Positions 13,723 to 26,678 of a DNA stretch of 64,000 nt are shown here, piece after piece. The stretch is from the NCBI RefSeq assembly GCF_031769215.1, contig NW_026781956.1, positions 806,001-870,000 on the forward strand, in the 5' to 3' direction. The position numbers and the translations under genes are program-made. Position 1 is the first letter of the stretch. Each line of letters begins with the position of its first letter. The notes under the pieces are model-generated. The model was not told the origin of the DNA. It did not search any database and was given only the letters and a program-made list of their open reading frames with translations. The stretch is from Ylistrum balloti (taxonomy: Eukaryota).

Positions 13723-15399
13723 CTCTCAAAGTATTTCTTTCATAGAGAATAATTGGAATAAAAAATATAGTACAGTCCGTATCTTATTTGGACATAATTC
13801 ATATATTTGTCGGTTAAAAACATTTTTTCATCAAAGGTAAGGTTAACAGTATTTGTCATGTAAAGGTAAATATTGTTTTATGTTAGGTCAGTGCAATAGG
13901 TATTACTGAATCAGTATTCCTGGACAAACTGACGTTAACGAATCTTTACTACAGACGAAGGGAGGCAACTCAATATTACAACGCAAATAATCCAGCTGAT
14001 CTAACAAAATAGGCACCACCAAGTTACGGAAAGGCATAAAGGACAGGTAGAATAGAAGGCTGTTCGAGTTTATTCGTGTTAGTAGTTTGAAATTTTGAGC
14101 TATAATCTCGAAATTTCGATTAAATCATTCCAAATTCGACTTAATAACAAGAGGTTTCGAGATACTAACTCGAGGTTTATAAATAATGTTCATTAAGATA
14201 AAGCTAGTATATCGACATCGGTAAAGTTTAAACAGTGGGCACTGTTTACACTTTACGTGCTACGGAGGTGAAAACATCTCTGCTTCATCGAAGACACAGA
14301 CATGTAAATTTTGGTCAGTCTAGGTAGATAAAGTCATGTTCTCAAAAGTGAAAAAAGTTAAAGAACAGAAACACCTGGCACCAAACTCGTCTAACGTAAT
14401 ACAACACAAGAAAAGATACAATACAGAGAAATACGTAAACATCTACAACCATGTAAATTGTTAAATAACAACTTACGACGTCACAAAATGTAGTCAACGG
14501 CAAATGTTTTACAAAAAGACGATCCCTTTCAGCTGACTCTAGCAGATTTAGATAAATAAAACCAAATGTGTTATTTCCTGTTAATATAACTTTAAATCAT
14601 TATCAGAAGACATTATGTTAATATCAGTAACTTGAATTAAGATTCAAAATTTAAACAACGCCGTGGTAAGTTAATTATATCTGTATTATTTGTATTATAG
14701 AAATATTTGTATGTAGAATATGAGAGTGTATTATTTTGTCGAGTTTGTATACTTCATTTAGTTAAAGGAGTTAATGAAATAACTGAAAACGGATAGATAT
14801 TCATCTCATTTTAGGCCCAATCCAAGAAATGGAAAGTTCTCAAAAATGAGAACCAAGGAAGTAACAACGTTACTATCGAACGTTTTTAAAGGCATCCGAC
14901 TTTTCAATAGAAAGACAACATTTTCCAACGAGATCACATTAAGCATCACAAACATCTCTCAAATTAATGTAAAAAACACAAAAATGTCTTTGTTGTTTTT
15001 TTTAATTGATTGAGTTAACTGAGGTAGAGGAGTTTTGTGAAGTCCGAATTCTCAGGGTAGGATTTATCGACATTACAAAATGAAATTCATTTTTAGATAA
15101 CACATCCCCGGTATATTTAAACAAACATTGTAGGACTTAACAAAGCTTGTATGTAGTGACCACATCCCTATCTGTAATGTGTTTCAGACGTGTATGTAAA
15201 CAGGTGTCATGGTGTTATCTGTTAGATTTACCACATCCCTTAATGTATCAGTGTCTAGACTGAAGGACTGATAAGTATACAGCTCTACTGGTCGACCAAG
15301 GATACGTGATGTTCGAGGTCACCTTATAAACCGTGGTTTGGTGACACTTGAGGTTACCAGCTGGAAACCAGTTGACACCAACGGGATCAAGGTTAGATG

Positions 15400-15680
15400 A
15401 CACTCGAGATCACCAGCTGGAACCGTGATATGTTAACACCTGAAGTCGCCGGCTGAACCATGGTTATGTGACATGATAAGTTACCAGCTGAACCGTGGTA
15501 ACATGACACGATCAGTTACTAGCTGAACCGTGGTAACGTGACATAAGTTACCAGATGAACCGTGGTAACGTGACATAAGTTACCAGATGAACCGTGGTAA
15601 CGTGACATGATAAGTTAACAGCTGAACCGTGGTAACGTGACATGATAAGTTACCAGTTCAACCGTGGTAACGTGACATAA
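15400..15680. repeat. 32-35-bp tandem repeat with palindromic unit
   Basis: Unit CTGAACCGTGGTAACGTGACAT(GAT)AAGTTACCAG with GGTAAC...GTTACC arms. Degenerate copies extend to about 15300-15830. Confidence 0.88.
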
Positions 15681-17399
15681 GTAGATGAAACTCGACTTCA
15701 TCAGCTGGATAGTTGTTAGGTGACACTTGGGGCCACCAACTAGACCATCGTTCGGTGACTTGCCTGGCCACTAACTGGACCGTGGTTAGTTGACACTCAA
15801 TGTCACCAACTGGACCATGGTTAGCTGACAATAACCAGATAAATATTTGTTGGAAATGGAGAAATGAATACACGTGTGACTTAAGGTTCGGTCCCCGGAT
15901 GATCGCTCGTCCAGGAGGTCTTTGTCTAGGGATTCCCTCACGCTATATCCACATACATATTTGTTTGGGGTAAAGAGGTAAATTGTCCCCGATGTAGCAT
16001 GGTACTGTGAAGCATCGTGGAATGAGCAGGGGTCAAAATACTATTATGTTGACATGGACCCTCAAGTGAAGTCACTTTATATTTTGTTTTCAATTGATGT
16101 TCCTACAGTAAATCTTTGATCATGTTCCTCTATATACAATAAAACAAAACAAAAATAACAAGGATGGGGCGGGGAGTAGGGGATAACATTATGATGGCAA
16201 TGGTTACACTATTTTCTTACTAATCAACGTTTTTCATCAAATTGTTTTATAATCACCCTGATTCACTCATATAAACACATACAAAACCAAAAATATGTCT
16301 GGGAAGGGGCTCACTATTATGGTGAAATGAACCTCGGTTCACTTTACCATGGACTTCACTTTATCATACTACACCGGTTCATTCTTCTCCGTGAGGTCTT
16401 TGCCTGGGGTCAAAGCACATGCTTTCAGGATTGACTCGGGTTCAACTCTAGCCCCCTTTGTTTTGTCCCTGAGGTCTAAACCTTGAGATAGTGGAGATAC
16501 CCATCCCATAGATAAAGTTACATTTGTTTGAATGAGGAAATGAATGCACTGATACCGCCAGATTTGACCCGTAGACATTACAGACCTTCTTTGTCTTTTC
16601 TTAGTTGTTGTAACAAGTACACTTATTGTCACACCATTAACATTTGCTTTGATCCAGTAGGACCCTGTAATATTACGGCACCATTCCTCAATAAATTCAT
16701 AAAACTGACTTAGGTATTAATTTCCAATTAGCAAAAAAGGATTCCTGAATATTATAATTCACTTTCCTATTATTTTCTTTTTTCTATGTAATAAAAATGA
16801 CCCCGGATCCTTAGTCTATGTTAAAATGGACTTCAGAATACCATGACACTATTCCCTGGGGAAATAACCAAGTTACGTAACTACAGGCCTATATTTAACG
16901 CCGAAAAAACAAATTTAATTCCACCTATGTGCAGGTTTATGTTCAGGCCAATATAGATATCATCAAAGATCACATACAATATTGGACATAAATTCTTGTT
17001 AATGTTAAAACCAATCCTTTCATCCTTTTGTGACAATGAACACCAGGAAATGTTTGTCAAAATGACAATCGATCTGATATAATTGAGGATGGGACAGAAG
17101 AATATAGGAACGTAGAAGGAGAAGGTTATGACGTAGAATGTGATGAAAGCAATTAAGATGACAACAGGGATGATGATATTTATATTTCTCCAGGGAAAGA
17201 GAACAAAATCCTAGTATTTGGAAGCAAGCAGAATTAAGTCATTTCTTTACTTTTACATGGGGGTTAAAATAGTATTATAAAAGTTTTAAAAAAAGGTGAC
17301 CAGCTTATTGGTCATCAATGCTTATCAATATGGTAGACTTTTAACGGTAAAACAAATGTCCATACGTCAAATTTCAAACTGTCACTCATTCCCATCCAT

Positions 17400-18200
17400 T
17401 TTCAAAGTTCTTTTATTGCGCATAACCAAAACAACGACATATAAGTTAAGGGTCAATGTATCTGTCACCAGAGGTCACAGGCCAAACAAATCTTTATTAT
17501 CAATAAAAAAAAATGCAAAGTTATGTCAAAGGTCAATATATCGGTCACATCAGGTCAAGGAAGTCATCAATGTAAACCAATAATGCATGTCTTTAATTTG
17601 CACATCTTGAGACAAAATAAAGTTATGTCAAAGTTCGGTATAAAGGTCATCAAAGGTCAAAGGTCAAATAAGTTATCAATATCAATTATGATTGTATACT
17701 TTTCATTTGCACGTGTAAAGTTAAAAACAAAGGACCACCAGCCAATCGTGGAAGCAATATTGTATTTTCGATCACAACAGAAGTATCTGAACGGGGTCCA
17801 TTTTCAACAGTCTCTTTTCAGCAGGCTACCCATGGAAAACGGACCCTCTTCCAGGGTTCGTTTCTACAGCAGACTCAGTTTTTCACGGCTAGCCGGTTCC
17901 TTTTTCAACGTTGAAAATGGCCTCCAGATCCGTTTTCAGCAGGGGTTAATTTTCAACATTGCATCCGGAGTTGTGGTTACAATCAAAATGGAAAGTCTGA
18001 TAAGCTTACGTTTAATTTATCCCCGGGGTACATGTTATCGTGCTCACTGTAGACATCGTTTCTAAATCTGGGTAGAATTGTGAAAAAAAAACCTTTTGTA
18101 CACGGGTTGTTTACATGTACAACGATCCACTTTTGAACCAGTGTTGTTTACCTGTTCAGCAATACACTTCTGAACTCTGGAAATTCTTTACCTGTTTTGC
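17400..18200. mobile_element. Cluster of degraded non-autonomous DNA-element fragments
   Basis: Recurrent AAGGTCA motifs (17450-17670) and GGGGTCCATTTTCAAC / TTCAACGTTGAA palindromic motifs (17780-17960), as seen in common bivalve interspersed repeats. Family not identified. Confidence 0.35.
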
Positions 18201-19194
18201 ACCAAACCATTGAACAAATTTATTTCATTTTTGTAGTAATATCCTTTACCTATTTTCCCTCCAAAGAGGATTCAAACTGCACGCGATTTCTACAATCCTC
18301 TCCATTTGTCCAAGGTGGACATTTTGTACAGGTTCCTTGGACATTTGAGTTTTTTTTCTCCTGTACAAAGAAACAACTGTGGTGTATTTTAAGTAAAATG
18401 TGTCCGCTTTACTGTTCCAATAAGCAATGAAAAAAAACATGGCTGGAGTTTGATATCAGGGTAGGCAGTGACTGAGTGTCTGTGTAGCCCAGCACAAAAA
18501 GTTGTCAGCCTGACCTCTGCATGAGGGCTATCAAGTCTCAACAGAACTAAAATGATAACGTGTCAAATTTCAGAAGTTGAGATTTTTTGCTCGGGCGTCC
18601 CGTCAGTGGAGACTAGCCTCTCTCCTGTTTCGCCTTCAGCTCTTCCCTTCAGGAACCAATATATACTGGCTAGAAATGTGGTCGTATTTATACTAGAATT
18701 GTTGATAAACTGATAAAGTAAAATTACACATTACCTAACAGGTAAATATGGATTGAATAATACACCAGTTATTGACATGGTCTTACACACAAATGGCAAT
18801 AGATCCGACTGTTGACAAGATAAGAATACACTGACCTTCATACAGACTACTTAGATGGGCCTTGGGTAATGACATATAACCAGGGAACGAATTTATGTAT
18901 GAACACGTGTATATCAGCAACGACAGAATGAAACATCTGACTTATGTCTAACAAAATTTTGAATAATTGCATCTTACAAACAAACCGGTACTTGAGTTGT
19001 GTAACGACATCTATCTAATTGTTCCGATTATGTCAGAGGGAGTGAACACGTGTTCTGACTTCTCAGTGCTATTGTAAGAGGATCTAACAACAATAAACAG
19101 ACAATGATTGAGCTTGACGACGTTCTATTCTCCAAACAGGAAATATCGACAGGTACGTAGCCTCTAGTTCTCGTTTATATGTATTCAGTCAGGC

Positions 19195-19560
19195 GTTGTA
19201 GTCAGGTGTTCATTAGCTTAGTGTGTTATCAGGTGTTCATAAGCTTAGTATGTTATCAGGTGTTCATTAGCTGTAGTGTGTTGTTATCAGGTGTTCATCA
19301 GCCAAAGTGTGTTGTTATCAGGTGCTCATCAGCTGAAGTGTGTTGTTATCAGGTGTTCATCAGCCAAAGTGTGTTGTTATCAGGTGCTCATCAGCTGAAG
19401 TGTGTTGTTATCACGTGTTCATTAGCCAAAGTGTGTTGTTATCAGGTGTTCATTAGCCAAAGTGTGTTGTTATCAGGTGTTCATCAGCCAAAGTGTGTTG
19501 TTATCAGGTGTTCAATAATTAGTTTGTCTTGTTATCATGTGTTAAATAATGTATGTGTTT
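19195..19560. repeat. 31-bp degenerate tandem repeat (GTGTGTTGTTATCAGGTGTTCATCAGCCAAA)
   Basis: About 11 copies that decay at both ends. Confidence 0.88.
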
Positions 19561-20682
19561 TGTTATCAAATATTCAATAATTGGCGTGTCTTGTCATCAA
19601 ATTTGTGTTCAATGCATATTGTTCCTTGTTATCAGAAGTTCAGTAACAAATTGATCTCGTTATCACATGTTCAAAACAAATGTGTTGTTTCAGGAGATCA
19701 TTAACTCTTGCTTTAAGCAGAACTTGATGTGTCTAAATAACGTGTCTTGTTAATCTAGTGTATCTAGATAAGGTATCTTGTTAAAAAGTGTTGACATGAA
19801 GACATATCGATTGTCTTTTTATCAGATAATATAAAACAAGGTATATACAAAGGTGTTACCAGAATCAACATCTATATCAAAATAACAGATTTACTCCGAG
19901 ACTCGTGGTCAAATATCAGATGTTTTCAGATTCTTGTACAGCTTTCCCCTTCATCGACAATAATTACCACAGACAACACATCAATCCAAGTGACACTGCG
20001 TTATCAGACTACTAAGGTGGTCAGTATTTATAAAACATGACCAATTACCAACTCTTCCTTCTACACGTGTAAATCTTTCTCTATAACTTCGTCAATATGT
20101 ATCCTCCAAACTCCGGTGTCGTATACCCGTGATCTCAAGTCCTCGTGTTTAACTTATATAGCACATTGACACAGTGAATCGTTGCTATCTAAAAACAACA
20201 CGTCATTCATTTGTCTGGATGGCTCGGAAAGGTCATTGAAACCTATTTTGATTACATATGATATATATATGTCTTCGATAACCACAGCCTCGAAATAAAC
20301 AAATAGAATAGAGGAGCACTACATGTGTTCACGTATATGTTAATGAACTTTCCATCAAACGCAACGTCAAAAATATCAACCAGAAATTTAACCAATTTGT
20401 TATTGCGGTAGTCAAACACAATATGCAAAACTATACTTTTGATACTGTCTTCGTTTCTTGGAAAATAAATCAATGAATGAATGCATTCCTTAAGTTTTGG
20501 ACGCGGAACGGTAATGACCAATGTTAAGTAATAATACCATGTTTTATCATTCAGGGATGATCGTTATCATCTAGGTTCGTTAGTACAAGTAAAATGTGTT
20601 CCGACAAGACTTGTCCCTGTTTGCTGTTTTCCAGGTAACTTTATTTTTTGAAAATTTATATGTTGTTTGACTTAAGGGAGGG

Positions 20683-20915
20683 AAACTTTTGATAATTGTT
20701 GTTTTACTTTAGGGGAGTAGACTTTTGATAATTGTTGTTTTACTTTAGGGGAGTAGACTTTTGATAATTGTTGTTTTACTTTAGGGGAGTAGACTTTTGA
20801 TAATTGTTGTTTAACTTTAAGGGAGTAGACTTTTGATAATTGTTGTTTTACTTTAAGGGAGTAGACTTTTGATAATTGTTGTTTAACTTTAGGGGAGTAG
20901 ACTTTTGATAATTGA
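20683..20915. repeat. 36-bp tandem repeat, about 6 copies (GTTTTACTTTAGGGGAGTAGACTTTTGATAATTGTT)
   Basis: Direct periodicity. Confidence 0.92.
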
Positions 20916-21589
20916 TAGAATTATTTGAGACTAATTTATGACATCTGACCATAACCTTATGGCACCAAGTACAGATAGATACCAACCGTAGGTAAAGCCG
21001 TGTCTCTCACTATCAACGTCAAAATATAGCTGGTCATAACTCGTGTTGTGAATGTTTACTTTCTATATCAATGTAAGATATCAGTTTCACACTGAAACAG
21101 ACATACACGTACGATAACAAAATCGGTCGGCCCTGTATTACGACACATGAGACAGCAGTATAAAATGTCGACTTGTTTGGTATAGAATGACGAGTTTTTT
21201 GGCAGCTGGTTTTTAGTGAATCATGGACACAGAACATGAACGATTAATCGTTAAAGAGAAAGGTAGCGAAAATACACATCATTGATTAATAACTGTTGGT
21301 TTAAAAATATCTAGAAATTATTTAGTAAGTTTTGATGTGTTAATTTTTATGTGTTCCTGACGAGTAAATTGCGGATAAGAATGCTCATACTTTCGGAACA
21401 CCAGGCTCTGTTATCTGTCGGAAGTGGAACATTAATGTTTTTAATCATCCATGTCTTCAATGTATATGTCGTGGACTTTCGAAACGTATTGTCTCCTTGT
21501 ATGGACTAATATGTATTGCTGACTTGATGCATTTTATTGTATGTGTTTCTGCTGTGGTATTTTGTGTATTATGTGTTGATCGTTTGAAT

Positions 21590-24500
21590 GGCATATTGTG
21601 TAATATGTTTTAATGGTGTTGTGTATTGTGTAATATGTGTTGATGGTGTAGTGTGTAATGTGTGTTGATGGTGTAGTTTAGTGTGTAATATGTGTTGATG
21701 GTGTAGTTTAGTGTGTAATATGTGTTGATGGTGTAGTTTAGTGTGTAATATGTGCTGATGGTGTAGTGTAGTGTGTAATAAGTGTTGATGGTGCGATATA
21801 TTGTTTAATATGTGTTGATGGTGTAGTGTAGTGTGTAATATGTGTTGATGGTGTAGTGTAGTGTGTAATATGTGTTGATGGTGTAGTGTAGTGTGTAATA
21901 TGTGTTGATGGTGCGATATATTGTTTAATATGTGTTGATGGTGTAGTGTAGTGTGTAATGTGTGTTGATGGTGTAGTGTAGTGTGTAATATGTGTTGATG
22001 GTGTAGTGTAGTGTGTAATATGTGTTGATGGTGTAGTTTAGTATGTAATATGTGTTGATGGTGTAGTTTAGTATGTAATATGTGTTGATGGTGCGATATA
22101 TTGTTTAATATGTGTTGATGGTGTAGTGTAGTGTGTAATATGTGTTGATGGTGTAGTGTAGTGTGTAATAAGTGTTGATGGTGTATTGTGTAATATGTGT
22201 TGATGGTGTAGTGTGTAATTTGTGTTGATGGTGTAGTGTAGTGTGTAATATGTGTTGATGGTGCTATATATTGTTTAATATGTGTTGATGGTGTAGTGTA
22301 GTGTGTAATATGTGTTGATGGTGTAGTGTAGTGTGTAATATGTGTTGATGGTGTAGTTTAGTATGTAATATGTGTTGATGGTGCGATATATTGTTTAATA
22401 TGTGTTGATGGTGTAGTGTAGTGTGTAATATGTGTTGATGGTGTAGTGTAGTGTGTAATATGTGTTGATGGTGTAGTGTAGTGTGTAATATGTGTTGATG
22501 GTGTAGTGTAGTGTGTAATATGTGTTGATGGTGTAGTTTAGTATGTAATATGTGTTGATGGTGCGATATATTGTTTAATATGTGTTGATGGTGTAGTGTA
22601 GTGTGTAATAAGTGTTGATGGTGTATTGTGTAATATGTGTTGATGGTGTAGTGTGTAATTTGTGTTGATGGTGTAGTGTAGTGTGTAATAAGTGTTGATG
22701 GTGTAGTGTAGTGTGTAATATGTGTTGATGGTGTAGTGTAGTGTGTAATATGTGTTGATGGTGTAGTGTAGTGTGTAATATGTGTTGATGGTGTTGTGTA
22801 GTGTGTAATATGTGTTGATAGTGTAGTGTAGTGTGTAATTTGTGTTGATGGTGTAGTGTAATGTGCAATATGTGTTGATGGTGTAGTGTGGTGTGTAATA
22901 TGTGTTGATGGTGTAGTTTAGTATGTAATATGTGTTGATGGTGTAGTTTAGTGTGTAATATGTGTTGATGGTGTAGTTTAGTGTGTAATATGTGTTGATG
23001 GTGTAGTGTAGTGTGTAATAAGTGTTGATGGTGTAGTTTAGTGTGTAATATGTGCTGATGGTGTAGTGTAGTGTGTAATATGTGTTGATGGTGCGATATA
23101 TTGTTTAATATGTGTTGATGGTGTAGTTTAGTGTGTAATATGTGTTGATGGTGTAGTTTAGTGTGTAATATGTGTTGATGGTGTAGTTTAGTATGTAATA
23201 TGTGTTGATGGTGCGATATATTGTTTAATATGTGTTGATGGTGTAGTTTAGTGTGTAATATATGTTGATGGTGTAGTGTAGTGTGTAATAAGTGTTGATG
23301 GTGTATTGTGTAATATGTGTTGATGGTGTAGTGTGTAATTTGTGTTGATGGTGTAGTGTAGTGTGTAATTTGTGTTGATGGTGTAGTGTAGTGTGTAATA
23401 TGTGTTGATGGTGTAGTGTAGTGTGTAATATGTGTTGATGGTGTAGTTTAGTATGTAATATGTGTTGATGGTGTAGTTTAGTATGTAATATGTGTTGATG
23501 GTGCGATATATTGTTTAATATGTGTTGATGGTGTAGTTTAGTGTGTAATATGTGTTGATGGTGTAGTTTAGTGTGTAATATGTGTTGATGGTGTAGTTTA
23601 GTGTGTAATATGTGTTGATGGTGTAGTTTAGTATGTAATATGTGTTGATGGTGCGATATATTGTTTAATATGTGTTGATGGTGCGATATATTGTTTAATA
23701 TGTGTTGATGGTGTAGTTTAGTGTGTAATATGTGTTGATGGTGTAGTTTAGTGTGTAATATATGTTGATGGTGTAGTGTGGTGTGTAATGTGTGTTGATG
23801 GTGTAGTGTAATGTGTAATATGTGTTGATGGTGTAGTGTAGTGTGTAATATGTGTTGATGGTGTTGTGTAGTGTGTAATATGTGTTGATGGTGTAGTGTA
23901 GTGTGTAATATGTGTTGATGGTGTAGTGTGTAATGTGTTGATTGTGTAGTGTGTAATATGTGTTGATGGTGTAGTTTAGTATGTAATATGTGTTGATGGT
24001 GTAGTGTAGTGTGTAAGATGTGTTGATGGTGTAGTTTAGTGTGTAATATGTGTTGATGGTGCTATATATTGTTTAATATGTGTTGATGGTGCAGTGTAGT
24101 GTGTAATATGTGTTGATGGTGTAGTGTGTAATATGTGTTGATGGTGTAGTGTAGTGTGTAATATGTGTTGATGGTGTAGTGTAGTGTGTAAGATGTGTTG
24201 ATGGTGCAGTGTAGTGTGTAATATGTGTTGATGGTGTAGTGTGTAATATGTGTTGATGGTGTAGTGTGTAATATGTGTTGATGGTGTAGTGTAGTGTGTA
24301 ATATATGTTGATGGTGTAGTGTGGTGTGTAATGTGTGTTGATGGTGTAGTGTAGTGTGTAATATGTGTTGATGGTGTAGTGTGGTGTGTAATGTGTGTTG
24401 ATGGTGTAGTGTAGTGTGATTTGATTATGTAATGTAGTGTGTAATATGTGTTGATGGTGTAGTGTGGTGTGTAATTTGTGTTGATGGTATAGTGTAGTGT

Positions 24501-26580
24501 GTAATGTGTGTTGATGGTGTAGTGTAGTGTGTAATATGTGTTGATGGTGTAGTGTAGTGTGTAATATATGTTGATGGTGTAGTGTGGTGTGTAATGTGTG
24601 TTGATGGTGTAGTGTAGTGTGTAATATGTGTTGATGGTGTAGTGTGGTGTGTAATGTGTGTTGATGGTGTAGTGTAGTGTGATTTGATTATGTAATGTAG
24701 TGTGTAATATGTGTTGATGGTGTAGTGTGGTGTGTAATTTGTGTTGATGGTATAGTGTAGTGTGTAATGTGTGTTGATGGTGTAGTGTAGTGTGTAATAT
24801 GTGTTGATGGTGTAGTGTAGTGTGTAATATGTGTTGATGGTGTAGTGTGTAATGTGTTGATTGTGTAGTGTGTAATATGTGTTGATGGTGTAGTGTAGTG
24901 TGTAATATGTGTTGATGGTGTAGTGTAGTGTGTAATATGTGTTGATGGTGTAGTGTAGTGTGTAATATGTGTTGATGGTGTAGTGTAGTGTGTAATATGT
25001 GTTGATGGTGCTATATATTGTTTAATATGTGTTGATGGTGTAGTGTAGTGTGTAATATGTGTTAATTGTGTAGTGTAGTGTGTAATATGTGTTTATGGTG
25101 TAGTGTAGTGTGTAACATGTGTTGATGGTGTAGTGTAGTGTGTATTATGTGTTGATAGTGTAGTGTAGTGTGTAATATGTGTTGATGGTGTAGTGTAGTG
25201 TGTCATATGTGTTGATGGTGTAGTGTAGTGTGTAATGTGTGTTGATGGTGCTATATATTGTATAATATGTGTTGATGGTGTAGTGTATTGTGTAATATGT
25301 GTTGATGGTGTAGTGTAATGTGCAATATGTGTTGATGGTGTAGTGTAGTGTAGTGTGTAATATGTGTTGATTGTGTAGTGTGTAATATGTGTTGATGGTG
25401 AAGTGTAGTGTGTAATATGTGTTGATGGTGTAGTGTAGTGTGTCATATGTGTTGATGGTGTAGTGTAGTGTGTAATGTGTTGATGGTATAGTGAAGTGTG
25501 TAATGTGTGTTGATGGTGTAGTGTAGTGTGTAGTATGTGTTGATGGTGTAGTGTAGTGTGTAATATGTGTTGATGGTGCTATATATTGTGTAATATGTGT
25601 TGATGGTGTAGTGTAGTGTGTAATATGTGTTGATGGTGCTATATATTGTATAATATGTGTTGATGGTGTAGTGTATTGTGTAATATGTGTTGATGGTGTA
25701 GTGTATTGTGCAATATGTGTTGATGGTGTAGTGTAGTGTGTAATGTGTTGATTGTGTAGTGTGTCATATGTGTTGATGGTGTAGTGTAGTGTGTAATATG
25801 TGTTGATGGTGTAGTGTGTAATATGTGTTGATGGTGTAGTGTAGTGTGTAATATGTGTTGATGGTGCTATATATTGTTTAATATGTGTTGATGGTGTAGT
25901 GTAGTGTGTAATATGTGTTAATTGTGTAGTGTAGTGTGTAATATGTGTTTATGGTGTAGTGTAGTGTGGAACATGTGTTGATGGTGTAGTGTAGTGTGTA
26001 ATATGTGTTGATGGTATAGTGTAGTGTGTAATGTGTGTTGATGGTGTAGTGTAGTGTGTAATATGTGTTGATGGTGTAGTGTAGTGTGTAATATGTGTTG
26101 ATGGTGTAGTGTGTAATATGTGTTGACGATGTAGTGTAGTGTGTAATATGTGTTGATGGTGTGTTTAATAATATGTGTTTATGGTGTAGTGTAGTGTGGA
26201 ACATGTGTTGATGGTGTAGTGTAGTGTGTAATATGTGTTGACGGTGTAGTGTAGTGTGTAATATGTGTTGATGGTGCTATATATTGTTTAATATGTGTTG
26301 ATGGTGTAGTGTAGTGTGTAATATGTGTTGACGGTGTAGTATGTAATATTTGTTGATGGTGTAGTGTAGTGTGTAATATGTGTTGATGGTGTAGTGTAGT
26401 GTGTAATATGTGTTGATGGTGTTGTGTAGTGTGTAATATGTGTTGACGATGTAGTGTAGTGTGTAATATGTGTTGATGGTGTAGTGTAGTGTGTAATATG
26501 TGTTGATGGTGTAGTGTAGTGTGTAATATATGTTGATGATGTAATGTAGTGTGTAATATATGTTGATGATGTAGTGTTGA
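21590..26580. repeat. 30-bp GT-rich satellite, about 5 kb (GTGTAGTGTAGTGTGTAATATGTGTTGATG)
   Basis: Direct periodicity with recurring 25-bp and GCGATATATTGTTTAATA variant units. Confidence 0.98.
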
Positions 26581-26678
26581 TGTTTCAAAAATGATGTTTA
26601 ATGCCCAAGAACACAAATAAGTACTATTGCAATGCGAATCTGTCGAAATATCTTCTAATTTGTCTTTTACTCGTGTAG

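Noticed and set aside
16640-16700. P-loop-like VILQGPTGSK on the minus strand
   Set aside because: The Walker A is incomplete, it is followed quickly by a stop, and no Walker B is found.
17040-17215. Acidic peptide ending KENKILVFGSKQN as a MULE transposase fragment
   Set aside because: It has internal stops and is too short to support a family call.
19290-19500. Hammerhead ribozyme (CTGATGA on the minus strand of the 31-bp array)
   Set aside because: There is no downstream GAAA core or stem II; the other CTGATGA sites I checked also lacked it.
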